A stretch of 63,879 bases of DNA, filler included, from an uncultured bacterium (GCA_964372275.1; 4 parts of 4 records of this genome joined end to end with filler, not necessarily neighbours in it), one strand, 5' to 3'; shown: positions 1-9,803, numbered from the whole stretch's first letter. Notes: generated by a model not told the origin, from the letters alone. Translations and numbers: made by a program.

Positions 1-250
1 GGAGGAGAGCTTCGATGCGTCCACGTTCGCGAAGAACAAGGAGCGCTTGCGTCGCCACGACGTCACGCAACAGCAGGCGCATCGCCGTCGCTCCCGGGGG
101 GCGCCCGAATCGGACTGTGGGCCTGCTTCGTCGGGGCGGCCTACAACCTGCTCCGCATCGCCTTGCCGGGTCCGCGAGGTTTTCGGAGCCGGCCACTCTT
201 CACCGCCCCTGCCGGGGCGTTTTCCCTGGCGTCGATCAGCAGCCTCCTAG
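1..250 (+). mobile_element. Degenerate, internally deleted IS5-family insertion sequence remnant (right end)
   Basis: Frame 2 from nt 2 reads EESFDASTFAKNKERLRRHDV, like the N-terminal region of IS5 transposases. Frame 1 at ~100-165 reads GARIGLWACFVGAAYNLLRIAL, like their C-terminal AAYNL motif. The stretch ends in TCAGCAGCCTC followed by CTAG (247-250), resembling an IS5 end plus target site. Confidence 0.65.
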
Positions 251-1539
251 GGAAAGTAGGCTCGAAGGAGGCGGAGAAGCAGCTCCGGGTCGTCGGTGAG
301 AATTCCGTCGACCCCGGCCGCCAAGACTTCGCGCAGCTCGAGCTCGTCGTTGATCGTCCAGGCCAGCAGGGTCGTCGGCCCTCCTTCGCGGTTCCGGGAC
401 GCGGCATCGATCCGGGCGCGATCACGCCGCAGCGCTTGGAGGAAGTCGTCATAGACGCCACCGAACCGTATCTGCGAAACGCCCAGGGAGGCGACCCGGC
501 TCCCACTTCGACGCGCGAACTCGACCGAGCTGTCGCGGCGTCGGAATCCGGCGGAAACCTCCACGTCCAGCGCGATCGGAATCCGGTCGCCGAGTGCCGC
601 TTCGAGATTTCGGACCACGTCGGGGTCTCGACTCATGGCGGTGACGCGACCCGCGAGCCCAAACTCCGCGATGACCTCCATGAGCCGCGCGGCGAATCGC
701 CGCTGCACGTCCTGACGATTGCGGGGCAATTTCACGTCGAGGACGATCAGCCTCACCTCGGGTCGGTTCTGGAGGAATGCCGCCGCCTGGTCGAGCGTGG
801 GAATCTGGACGTCGACCGCCCGGTTCCGGAGGAGGCCGGCACGCCTCGATGCGTAGCTGTGACTCGATCGAAACTCTTCGAGCGAGAGTTCGTGCACCGG
901 GCGGCGCGCCGCCGATTCCTCGGACGGAGGCACCGGCTTGAACCCCATCCCGGGCTCGAGTCCGGCCGCGCGCAACCGGGAGGTCGGAATGTCCGGATCG
1001 TCGTCGTGCCAGAGAACGATCTGGCCATCGGCCGTAACCGTCACGTCGAATTCGACTCCGTCGACCCCTTCGCGGATGGCGGCCTCGAGGGCGGGAATCG
1101 TGTTTTCCGGATAGTTTCGAGCCAGGCCGCCGCGATGGGCGATGATCACCGGCCGAATCGACGGAACGGCCTGCGCGACGAGTTCGGCGACGGCGTGCGA
1201 GCCCCCTTGCTCCCGGAGTAACCGATCGAGCGTCTCGCGAAGGAATCCTCCGGCGCGCGCCGTGTCGAAGACACGATGCGCCGCGAGTCGATTCCGCCTC
1301 GTGTCATGCGCGAGGAGCGCTTCGACGGCGGCGGCCGCCGATGAAGCGAGATGGTCGGCGTCCGAATGCCCGTGGACCTGGCGACGGTCTCGAACGTCCA
1401 TCCGTTCGATCGCCCGCCCCAACGCGTCTGCCAGGTCGGGCAGCGCGGGCTCCACCGACGTCGGACAGGGTTCTGCGGCGCTGCGCCACGACCATGCGAT
1501 CGATGCCGCCACGCAGATGGAAAACTGGAGTCCCCTCAT
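247..1539 (-). CDS. Glycerophosphodiester phosphodiesterase (GDPD) with signal peptide and N-terminal extension
   Basis: IIAHRGG...PENTIPALEAAI..GVDGVEFDV..TADGQIVLWHDD, plus WTIND and GVDGILTDDP; start moved to ATG 1539 (MRGLQFSI...). Confidence 0.9.
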   Translation of the reverse strand: MRGLQFSICVAASIAWSWRSAAEPCPTSVEPALPDLADALGRAIERMDVRDRRQVHGHSDADHLASSAAAAVEALLAHDTRRNRLAAHRVFDTARAGGFLRETLDRLLREQGGSHAVAELVAQAVPSIRPVIIAHRGGLARNYPENTIPALEAAIREGVDGVEFDVTVTADGQIVLWHDDDPDIPTSRLRAAGLEPGMGFKPVPPSEESAARRPVHELSLEEFRSSHSYASRRAGLLRNRAVDVQIPTLDQAAAFLQNRPEVRLIVLDVKLPRNRQDVQRRFAARLMEVIAEFGLAGRVTAMSRDPDVVRNLEAALGDRIPIALDVEVSAGFRRRDSSVEFARRSGSRVASLGVSQIRFGGVYDDFLQALRRDRARIDAASRNREGGPTTLLAWTINDELELREVLAAGVDGILTDDPELLLRLLRAYFP

Positions 1540-1597
1540 TCCGATGGCGGTGTGAAACCGCCGAACCACCCGCGAGGTCGCTCCACCCATTCGCGGC

Positions 1598-2053
1598 TCA
1601 CCTCCCTGCGCGCGGAACGGTAAGGATCATGACGCCACGGTCGATGGTGACCGAGGCGCGTCCAACGTCCAGGAGTCGGGGGAGTGGGACAGACTTGAAG
1701 AACACGCCGGCGGGACGCTCCGCGCGGCGCAAGCGCGATCCGCCCGGCTCCGGCAAGCCGGCGCGCCATCCTCGGACGACGAGCCGCGCTTCGCCGAACT
1801 CCACCGCGATCTGCTCCGGCGCGACCCCCGGAACGTCGATGAAAACCGTCACCCGGTCGCTTTGCTCGAGAACGTCGACGGCCGGATCGTAGGCCGGCGC
1901 ACCGCGCAAGGCGCTGCGGAGGAAGGGAAGCGATCGCTGGGGATCGGAACCCCACGCGTCGAGGAAGTCCGCGAATGGATCGCCGGACGAAGGAACACTC
2001 GGCTCCGCTGGGTCGTCCGGCTCGGGATCTTTCTTCCGCCACACGGACTCCAT
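1598..2053 (-). CDS. Hsp20/alpha-crystallin family small heat-shock protein
   Basis: PAVDVLE..DRVTVFIDVPGV..EQIAVE...ERPAGVFFKSVPLP...GVMILTVP; start at ATG 2053 uncertain. Confidence 0.85.
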   Translation of the reverse strand: MESVWRKKDPEPDDPAEPSVPSSGDPFADFLDAWGSDPQRSLPFLRSALRGAPAYDPAVDVLEQSDRVTVFIDVPGVAPEQIAVEFGEARLVVRGWRAGLPEPGGSRLRRAERPAGVFFKSVPLPRLLDVGRASVTIDRGVMILTVPRAGR

Positions 2054-2180
2054 CCGGGGCAAGGGCCGTACCCGGAAATTCCTCCGCATCTGCGGGTTCC
2101 GCACCGGACCCGGGTAGGGGATGACCCGACAATCGAGAAAGGCGCGTCGCATCGTGATCCGCGCCGCCTTGCTTCGTGGC

Positions 2181-2579
2181 CTACGGCCCGGACACGGGGG
2201 CGAAGGCGCGCAAGAGACCCACGTTCATCGCCCGCAGGTGGTGCAGCAGGACCCAGTAGTAGGCGAGGAAGAAGAGGAACAGTCCGATCACCGCCAATGG
2301 ATGGCGGCGGTTCGTCCAGAGAAGCCACGTTCCCCCGGAGACCAGGGCCAGCTTCCCCACGACGAACGGAAGCGGGCCGAGTCGGAGCAGCGTCTCCATC
2401 AAGGGGTTCGCTTCGGTGGCGCGCCCGGAGAGGACCCAGACCAGCGTCAGGACGGCGTCGATCCCGTTGATGACCACGGTGGCGAGCACGATGCCGTGCA
2501 GCCAGCGGAAATGCTGTTCGGTCCCGATCTCGATGTCAGCCTCTCGCCGCCGGACGGAGGTCCTCGGATACCAGCGCAA
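2181..2579 (-). CDS. DUF5658-like small membrane protein
   Basis: NGIDAVLTL...ATEANPLM...FVVGKLAL motif with 3-4 hydrophobic segments. Confidence 0.7.
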   Translation of the reverse strand: MRWYPRTSVRRREADIEIGTEQHFRWLHGIVLATVVINGIDAVLTLVWVLSGRATEANPLMETLLRLGPLPFVVGKLALVSGGTWLLWTNRRHPLAVIGLFLFFLAYYWVLLHHLRAMNVGLLRAFAPVSGP

Positions 2580-4515
2580 TCAGCTCGCCGACGCTCCAGG
2601 CCTGTGCCACGCATCCGCGCGCCGTGTGCGGCGGATCGCCATCGAAGATCTCCGAGACGTGACCCAAGCCGGCCTCCTGCACGTGGGCGAGGAGCGGGCG
2701 CACCATCGACTGTGCCTCGGCCACGCGCGCCGGGTGCCGGTCGTGAACGCGCAGGTAGGCGCGGACGAACGCGCCCAATAGCCAAGGCCACACCGTCCCC
2801 TGGTGATAGGCGGCGTCGCGCGCCTTGCGATCGCCGGCATAGGTTCCCCGGTAGGCCGGGTCTTTCGGCGAGAGCGTGCGCAGCCCGAAGGGGGTCAACA
2901 GCTCCCGCTGCACCACGTCGACGACCGCGCGCGCGCGGGGACCTGCGATCGCAGGGTGCGGCAGCGAGACGGCCAGGATCTGGTTGGGACGGATCGACGC
3001 GTCGTCGCCGTCGGTACCGTCGACCACGTCGAACAGGCATCCGGCCTTTTCGTTCCAGAATCGCCGCTCGAACGACTCGCGGGCGACGCGCGCCAGCTCG
3101 GCGTACTCGCGCGCCTCCCGCGTTCGTCCCAGGTGCAGCGACAGCTCGGCGGTCGTCTCCAGGGTCTCGATCCACAGCGCATTGACCTCGACCGGCTTCC
3201 CGCGGCGCGGGGTGACCACCCAGTCGTCGACCTTGGCGTCCATCCAGGTGAGCGGGACCCCGTCCTCGCCTCCTCGCAGGAGTCCGTCCTCGTCGACGCC
3301 GATCCCGAACCTCGTCCCGGCGCGGTGCTGCTTCACGATCTCCACCAGCGCCGGCAGGAAGAAGCTCTCGGCGCTCCGTGCGTCGCGGGTGCGCGCGATA
3401 TAGCGGCCGATGGCGTAGGCGAACCACAGGGTGCCGTCGATGTTGTTGTACTCGGGGACCTCCCCGGAGTCGGGGAACCGGTTCGGGATCATCCCCTTGT
3501 CGAGGTGCTTGCCGAAGGCGATCAGGATGTCCCGCGCCTCCTCGAGACGCCCGGTCGCCAGGCACAAGCCGGGGAGGGCGATCATCGTGTCCCGTCCCCA
3601 GTCGGTGAACCAGGGATAGCCGGCGAGGATCGTCGGCGAGCCGTCCCCCCGCCGCACGATGTAGGCGTCGGCGGCGAGCGCGAGCGGTTCGGTCAGGTCG
3701 GGGGCGGCCTGCCACGAGACGGCGACGGTGGCGGCGCGGCGCGCCCTCTCGGAGGCCTCCAACCGATTCGCTTCGATCTTGAGCTGGCCGGAGGTCGACG
3801 CGATCAGGAGCGCCGGCGATCGCGGACTCAGGTTGTAGCGGACTTCGAAGGGGCTGAAGAGGTCCTCCAGGTGGTCGAGCCCGCGCTCCTCCTCCCGGAT
3901 CTGCCGGTTCGACTGCCACCAGCTCCCGCGGACCGAAATCTCCTTCGCCTGGTGGTGGAAGTGGAGCTCGGGGAGGTCGGGGTAGGGCTTGATCGACGCG
4001 ATCCCGGGGACGATCCGCACCGTCGGGTCGATCTTGTCGTTCCGTTTGGAGAGCTCGTGGTAGTCGCGGAAGGCGAGGAAGGGACGGAGCCGTAGCGAGC
4101 AGAACGAACCCCGGAGAAGCGAGTAGCGGATGACGACCGTGTCCTCTCCGCGCACCAGGAAGACGGCCTTCTCGATGCGGCGCTCGCCGACGTCCCAGAC
4201 GAAGGTGGGGATCGGATCGAGGCGGAAGGAGATCTGCAGCTTGTGCCCCTCGGGGTGGACGGCGTCCTGGTAGTGGTTGCAGCCGAGCTCGGCCTTGGCG
4301 TTCCCGAACTCGACCACCTCCTCGACGCGCGAGAGCAGGACGTGGCGGCGCACGGGGGGCTCCAGCGCGGCGACGAGAAGACCGTGGTAGCGCCGGGTGT
4401 TCGCGCCGACCACCGTCGAGGAGGCGTAGCTTCCCCGCCCGTTGGTCTCGATCCATTCCAGGGACGACGCGTGGGCGAGGTCCTGGAAGGTGGACTCCTC
4501 GACCTGGATCTTCAT
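2536..4515 (-). CDS. Amylo-alpha-1,6-glucosidase (glycogen debranching enzyme, GDE_N + GDE_C)
   Basis: EWIETNGRGSYASST..GANTRRYHGLL; AGYPWFTDWGRDTMI; LTWMDAK; YHQGTVWPW; QAWSVGE; ATGA overlap with the upstream stop at 4512-4515. Confidence 0.92.
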   Translation of the reverse strand: MKIQVEESTFQDLAHASSLEWIETNGRGSYASSTVVGANTRRYHGLLVAALEPPVRRHVLLSRVEEVVEFGNAKAELGCNHYQDAVHPEGHKLQISFRLDPIPTFVWDVGERRIEKAVFLVRGEDTVVIRYSLLRGSFCSLRLRPFLAFRDYHELSKRNDKIDPTVRIVPGIASIKPYPDLPELHFHHQAKEISVRGSWWQSNRQIREEERGLDHLEDLFSPFEVRYNLSPRSPALLIASTSGQLKIEANRLEASERARRAATVAVSWQAAPDLTEPLALAADAYIVRRGDGSPTILAGYPWFTDWGRDTMIALPGLCLATGRLEEARDILIAFGKHLDKGMIPNRFPDSGEVPEYNNIDGTLWFAYAIGRYIARTRDARSAESFFLPALVEIVKQHRAGTRFGIGVDEDGLLRGGEDGVPLTWMDAKVDDWVVTPRRGKPVEVNALWIETLETTAELSLHLGRTREAREYAELARVARESFERRFWNEKAGCLFDVVDGTDGDDASIRPNQILAVSLPHPAIAGPRARAVVDVVQRELLTPFGLRTLSPKDPAYRGTYAGDRKARDAAYHQGTVWPWLLGAFVRAYLRVHDRHPARVAEAQSMVRPLLAHVQEAGLGHVSEIFDGDPPHTARGCVAQAWSVGELIALVSEDLRPAARG

Positions 4516-6077
4516 CGCCGCCAGCGCATCACGGTGGAGGTGATCGCCTTGGCGCGCGGCGTCAGCTTGGTGCGGTTGAACAGATCCCCCGTCTTCCGCA
4601 CCGCCTCGGCCTGCGTCGGGTAGGGATGGATCACGCGCGAGAGCGACCCCAGCCCGAGCCCGCCCGCCATCGCGACCGTGACCTCGTTGATCATCTCGCC
4701 GGCGTGGCGAGCGACGATCGTCGCCCCCAGGATCCTGTCGGTCTTGGCTTCGACGATCATCCGGACGAAGCCGTCCTCCTCGCCGTCGAGGATGGCGCGG
4801 TCGACGTCGTGGAGCGGCTGGGTGAAGACCCGCGACGCGATCCCCCGCTTGCGGCACTCGGCTTCGTAGAGGCCGACGTGCGCCACCTCCGGATCGGTGT
4901 AGGTGCACCACGGGATGCGAAGCGTGCTCGCCCGCTTCTTCAGCGGCGGGGCGAATCCGAACAGCGCGTTCTGGATCACCGTGCGCGCCAGGAAGTCGGC
5001 GGCGTGGGTGAACTTGTACTGCGAGGCCACGTCTCCGGCAGCGAAGATGGCGGCGTTGGTGGTCTGGAGATAGTCGTCGACCACCACCCCCGAGCGCGGG
5101 TCGTAGCGGACGCCGGCCTCCGGAAGACCCATCCCTTCGACGTTGGGCGCGCGCCCGACGCCGACCAGGATCGCGTCGCAGAAGAGCTCCACTTTGCGGC
5201 CCCCCTGCTCGATCGTCACCACCTTGTCGGCGACGCGGACCTCGACCTTCACAACCTTCATCTGGGTGTGGATCTTGACCCCGTCCTTGATCATCGCCCG
5301 CTGGACGATCTCGGCGGCATCGCGATCCTCGCGGGACATGATGTGGTCCGACGGCTCCAGGAGGTCGACCTTGGACCCGAACCGCGCGAACGCCTGCGAC
5401 AGCTCGCAGCCGATCGGACCGGCTCCGATCACCACCAGCCGCTTCGGAAGCTCGGTCAGGTTGAAGACCGTCTCGTTGGTGAGGAAGCCGGTCTCCTTGA
5501 GCCCCGGGATCGGGGGGACCGCGGCGCGCGCGCCGGTGGCGATGCAGGCGCGCGAGAACTCGAGCGTCCGACCGCCGACGTCGACCGTGTTCGGGCCGGT
5601 GAACCGCGCGTCCCCCAGGTAGACGTCGATCCCCAGCGACTTGTAGCGAGGCGCGCCGTCGACGTGGCTGATGCGGGCGCGCAACCGCCGCATCCGCTCC
5701 ATGATCGCCGGGAAGTCGACCTCGAAGCCGGGCACCTTCACCCCGAACTCCGCCGCGTCTCGCACGTCGGCCACGGCGCGCGCCGCGCGGATCAGCCCCT
5801 TCGACGGGACGCAGCCGACGTTGAGGCAGTCGCCCCCCATCAGGTGCCGCTCGATCAACGCTACCTTCGCCCCGAGGCTCGCCGCGCCGTTGGCCGTCAC
5901 CAGCCCCGCCGTCCCGGCGCCGATCACCACCAGGTTGTAGCGTCCCGACGGCGTCGGATTGACCCAGCTCGACGGATGGACGTTGTCGAGGAGCGCGCGG
6001 TTGTGGGGGTCGAGGGGATGGACGCCGAGATCGTGCGCCGGAGCCGGCGCCGGCGCGGGGGTCGGGTTCGCGGACAT
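4512..6077 (-). CDS. FAD-dependent pyridine nucleotide-disulfide oxidoreductase (MerA/lipoamide dehydrogenase-like)
   Basis: VIGAGTAG; redox-active GGDCLNVGCVPSK; VIGAGPIGCE; HPYPTQAE; lacks the C-terminal CC pair of true MerA. Confidence 0.9.
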   Translation of the reverse strand: MSANPTPAPAPAPAHDLGVHPLDPHNRALLDNVHPSSWVNPTPSGRYNLVVIGAGTAGLVTANGAASLGAKVALIERHLMGGDCLNVGCVPSKGLIRAARAVADVRDAAEFGVKVPGFEVDFPAIMERMRRLRARISHVDGAPRYKSLGIDVYLGDARFTGPNTVDVGGRTLEFSRACIATGARAAVPPIPGLKETGFLTNETVFNLTELPKRLVVIGAGPIGCELSQAFARFGSKVDLLEPSDHIMSREDRDAAEIVQRAMIKDGVKIHTQMKVVKVEVRVADKVVTIEQGGRKVELFCDAILVGVGRAPNVEGMGLPEAGVRYDPRSGVVVDDYLQTTNAAIFAAGDVASQYKFTHAADFLARTVIQNALFGFAPPLKKRASTLRIPWCTYTDPEVAHVGLYEAECRKRGIASRVFTQPLHDVDRAILDGEEDGFVRMIVEAKTDRILGATIVARHAGEMINEVTVAMAGGLGLGSLSRVIHPYPTQAEAVRKTGDLFNRTKLTPRAKAITSTVMRWRR

Positions 6078-6108
6078 GCGCGGAAGTATACCGCCACGCC
6101 CGGACGGC

Positions 6109-6570
6109 TTACGTTCCAGGGGCTGCGGCGTGCCGGTCGACGGCGCCGACTCCGGATCGGCGCGCCTTCCGGTAGCAGCCGAGGAAGAAGAGTCCCAGGA
6201 GAAGGTTCCCCGGCGACATCAGGACGAGGCTGCCGCGGGCGAAGGCGGTGACGTCCCGCGCGACGTAGAGATAGGTCCAGTCGGTGAAGACGTCGCTGAG
6301 CCGGACTCCAGCGACGACCGCGAGCCAATGCGGTTGCCGCTTCCACCGGAGCCGTGCGACGGCCTGGACGAGCGCGAACGCCGCCCAATTGGCGCCGCAG
6401 CGTCGAAGGAACCCCTGGGGGTCGTCGTAGGGGACGCCGTGGAACGCCTCGAACCACAACGACGGAAAGGCAACGGCCCACACGGTGAGCGCCACGTCGA
6501 AGACGACCAGCGCGCCCAGGACCGCGTCGATCCACCGGCCCGGCCGATCCGACGATCGACGTTCCACCAT
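6109..6570 (-). CDS. Hypothetical membrane protein
   Basis: C-terminal part of ORF 6109..7539 from ATG 6570 (MVERRSSD...), four hydrophobic helices. Confidence 0.7.
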   Translation of the reverse strand: MVERRSSDRPGRWIDAVLGALVVFDVALTVWAVAFPSLWFEAFHGVPYDDPQGFLRRCGANWAAFALVQAVARLRWKRQPHWLAVVAGVRLSDVFTDWTYLYVARDVTAFARGSLVLMSPGNLLLGLFFLGCYRKARRSGVGAVDRHAAAPGT

Positions 6571-6686
6571 GGGCGGAGAATGCCATAGGTCCGGTTTCGC
6601 CGAGCGAGCTCGGGGCCAGATACCGGAGAGAAGCTTGCCTTCGTGCGATCCCGTTCCAGGAGCTTCGGGCGTCGGAAGCGCGCGTC

Positions 6687-7820
6687 TTAGGGACGAACCG
6701 GCTCGCCACGGGCGTTCGGCCTCGGACCTTCGCCAGCGCAGGTCCCATCCCTCCTCCGGCGGATCGCCCGCTCGATGCGCTCCGCCCCGAACTCGTTCCG
6801 GGCGTGGAGGGCATTGCATCCCCGACAGGTCACACGCAGGTTGGATGGCTCGGAACCTCCTCCCTTGGCGACCGGGACGATGTGGTCGATTTCCAGCCGG
6901 TAACGTGAGCCACACCGACGGCCGTTGGCCCGCGTCCAGGAACATCGTCCCCCATCCCGGTTCCACACCTCCCGCCGCACCGCGGCCGGGATCGTTCCCC
7001 GCGTGCCCGGTTTCGGATCCGCCCGGGGGCGTGGCGCGACCGCACGCGTGGGCTCCCCGTGCCGCTTCTCGTCTTGAGCCAGGATCGCCCGGAGCCCGGC
7101 GAGCAGGAACGGCTCGAGCGAGCGCCGGTCCGGGACCTTGTGGCTCATGACGTCCATGACCTTCTCGAGCGCCTCTCGGAACTCGGTGCTCACGGTGAGC
7201 GTGATTCGGAACTGTGTCGCCGAAACCGGCTCGACGGAGTCGCGTGCCGGAGCCGCGCAGGGCGGTGGATCGATCGGGGAAGCCGGTTGCGGCGGCGTGA
7301 TGAGTGTCTCCTGCGCGGCGGTCGGCGGTGGAGCCGACCGCATCGCTGGATGCTTCCGCACCTTCGCTGGCGAAAGTAGGCGGATCCGGTCTTCCGGTAC
7401 GGGCACGGCCTCCGGGCTCCTTACGGCCGCGACCAGCCGCTCGACCTCCTGTTTCGACCTCTTGGATGCGGCGTCGAAGAGCTCGCGGGCATTGTCCGGG
7501 GTGAGGACCGGTTCGAGCAGCGTAAGCGTCGTCATCCACAGTCGCCCGTCACGGAGATAGTCAGCCGCGAAGGGGAAGCGCTGGAGGATGGCGGCCGCGT
7601 GGGTGCGGCGATCGGTGGGGCCCTCCGGGAGACCGAGCGCCTCCCTGCAATAGACCCACAGGCTCGAGTATCCGAGTGCCTCATGCATTTTCCGCCGCTC
7701 GAACTCCGCGAGGTGGAGCAGAAAGTCGACCTTGACTCGGCACTCGCTCCCCAAGAGCTCGCGCAGGCGACCGTCGAAGTGCTGCGGATCCATCGCGGGA
7801 ATCGACATGGGAACCTCCAT
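6687..7820 (-). CDS. HNH endonuclease with N-terminal DUF222-like helical domain
   Basis: LLHLAEFERRKMHEALGYSSLWVYC N-domain; IPAAVRREVWNRDGGRCSW...CGSRYRLEIDHIVPVAKGGGSEPSNLRVTCRGCN C-terminal HNH/Zn motif. Confidence 0.88.
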   Translation of the reverse strand: MEVPMSIPAMDPQHFDGRLRELLGSECRVKVDFLLHLAEFERRKMHEALGYSSLWVYCREALGLPEGPTDRRTHAAAILQRFPFAADYLRDGRLWMTTLTLLEPVLTPDNARELFDAASKRSKQEVERLVAAVRSPEAVPVPEDRIRLLSPAKVRKHPAMRSAPPPTAAQETLITPPQPASPIDPPPCAAPARDSVEPVSATQFRITLTVSTEFREALEKVMDVMSHKVPDRRSLEPFLLAGLRAILAQDEKRHGEPTRAVAPRPRADPKPGTRGTIPAAVRREVWNRDGGRCSWTRANGRRCGSRYRLEIDHIVPVAKGGGSEPSNLRVTCRGCNALHARNEFGAERIERAIRRRRDGTCAGEGPRPNARGEPVRP

Positions 7821-8498
7821 GCTCTCCGGATAGCACGTGGTTCAGGGACGCCGCACGAGGCCCACGGTAGCGCGTGTCATTCGCAAAGCTCTCGCGGACG
7901 TGTGTCCCTGTGTTGCAGACGTCCACGGGAGCGCGGGTCGCGTTCCAGGAGGTGGTTTCAGAGCCACCGGCGTCGCGTCGCTCGCAGCGTGGAAGAATCA
8001 TGTCAACAATAATCGTAAATTAAACTATCGAATTAATCGCTGGGTGCGCACCGCCGCAGCACTTCTCCTGGCGAAAGTCGGGTTGCGCTTCTCACGGGAC
8101 GCCGCACCGTAAGCGCCTGGGCGTGTCGATTCCCCCTAACCAGCCCGTGGCGAGCAACACTGCGAAGCTGCCTACCGGGTCGGCGCCCCGAAGGTACATC
8201 CGCCAAGTCGCGAAGGGAGCCGTCCGCCGCGGCCGCAGGGGCAATGCCGGTGGATGTACGAGAGGGATCGAGGTGCAAGCGGGCGGCGACCGCCACGACA
8301 CCGATCCGAGGGATCCGACTCGCGGCATCACCGGATGATCACCTGAGCATCGCCCGCGTCCCGCGCTACGGCGGATGCGGTCTCGTTCGAAGAGGCGATG
8401 CCGTTCGAGAGGAGCCTCGCCTGGTACCGACGGGGATTCGCTCGGATCCGCCTGGGCAGGTTGCGAAGCGCACCAAAGCCGGTCAAAGTCGCGGGCCC

Positions 8499-9788
8499 AT
8501 GCCTCGCGCCCGTGTGCGTGCCCGGCGGGGGCGCCTCCCGAACGGGCTGCGCCTCGTCGCCGTCGAGATGCCGAACGTCCACTCGGTGAGCCTGGTCGCC
8601 TACGTGCGCGCGGGCAGCCGCTACGAAGAGGCGGACCGCAGCGGCGTCGGCCACTTTCTCGAGCACATGTTCTTCCGCGGCACCGGGCGCTATCCGTCGA
8701 CGCACGCGCTGGCGCACCGGATCGAGAGCTTGGGGGCGACCTTCAACGCCACCACCACCCGCGACATGGCCTACTACTACACCGAGGTCGCGCCGCGGCA
8801 TCTGGAAGCGGGGGTGGAGGTGCTCGGCCAGATGTTCCGGCATCCGCTCTTCCCCGACGTGGAGATCGAACGCAAGGTGATCCTCGAGGAGATGAGCGAG
8901 GACTACAACGAAGACGGGGTGCTGATCGATCCCGACTCGATCGCCAAGGGGCGGCTATGGCCGCGACATCCGCTGGGGATGCCGATCATCGGCCGGAGGC
9001 GCGTCGTGCAGCGGATGCGCCGCGACGACTTGATCGCCCACCATCGCCGGCTCTACCGCGCGCGGAACATGATTCTCACCGCCGCCGGGAACGTCGACCT
9101 CGGCGAGCTGCTGGTGCATGCGCGGCGGCACCTGGGAGCGCTCCCGTCCGGGAACGGCGCGGCGGCGACGCGGCCGCCGCGCTTCGGTCGCGGCGGGCTC
9201 CACGTCGTCGACAACCCCGACAGCCAGCTCGCGGTCGACCTGGTCTTCCCCGCCTTCCCGGAGGGGACCGAAGACTGGAAGGCGGCGGTGCTGCTGCGCC
9301 GGATCCTCGACGACGGGATCTCCTCGCGTCTGCATCGCGCCGTCGTCGACCGCGGGGGGCTCGCCTACGGCTGCGAGGCGATCCTCGACGGATTCCACGA
9401 CACGGGCACGTTCGAGTTCGAGTGCTCGCTCGCGCCGGAGAAGCTGCCGAAGCTGGTCGACACGCTGGTGGCGATCCTCTCGGACCTGGCCCGGACCGGT
9501 CCGGAGCCGGACGAGCTTGCCAAGGTGAAGGAGCGCTACGCCTGCGACCTCGAGTTCTCGCAGGACAGCGTCGGTGAGATGGCCGGCTGGCACGGCGGCG
9601 TCGAGCTCTACCGCGCCTGGGAGCCGTTCGAGACGGCGCTCGACCGCGTGCGGCGCGTCTCGGTCGACGACGTCCGCCGCATCGCCCGCCGTCTCTTCGC
9701 CCCCGACCGTGCCCACCTGGTGGTGGTGGGCGAGCCCTCCCGGAAGGACCTCGCGCGCGCGGCCAACGCCCTGGACCGCCTCACGTGA
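8499..9788 (+). CDS. M16 family (pitrilysin/insulinase) metallopeptidase
   Basis: LPNGLRLV; inverted zincin HFLEHMFFRGT; NATTTRD; ERKVILEE; GISSRL. Confidence 0.92.
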   Translation: MPRARVRARRGRLPNGLRLVAVEMPNVHSVSLVAYVRAGSRYEEADRSGVGHFLEHMFFRGTGRYPSTHALAHRIESLGATFNATTTRDMAYYYTEVAPRHLEAGVEVLGQMFRHPLFPDVEIERKVILEEMSEDYNEDGVLIDPDSIAKGRLWPRHPLGMPIIGRRRVVQRMRRDDLIAHHRRLYRARNMILTAAGNVDLGELLVHARRHLGALPSGNGAAATRPPRFGRGGLHVVDNPDSQLAVDLVFPAFPEGTEDWKAAVLLRRILDDGISSRLHRAVVDRGGLAYGCEAILDGFHDTGTFEFECSLAPEKLPKLVDTLVAILSDLARTGPEPDELAKVKERYACDLEFSQDSVGEMAGWHGGVELYRAWEPFETALDRVRRVSVDDVRRIARRLFAPDRAHLVVVGEPSRKDLARAANALDRLT

Positions 9789-9803
9789 TAGAACCGCCGA
9801 ACG

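Noticed and set aside
4512-6077. Mercuric reductase / mer operon
   Set aside because: No C-terminal Cys-Cys pair, no NmerA domain, and no merR/T/P nearby.
6687-7820. IscB/Cas9-like RNA-guided nuclease
   Set aside because: No RuvC motifs or PLMP N-terminus are visible, the HNH is C-terminal, and there is no CRISPR array.
7845-8107. 12-bp direct repeat GGGACGCCGCAC (7845-7856, 8096-8107) as att sites or target duplication
   Set aside because: GC-rich 12-mer plausible by chance, and it does not bracket the HNH gene.
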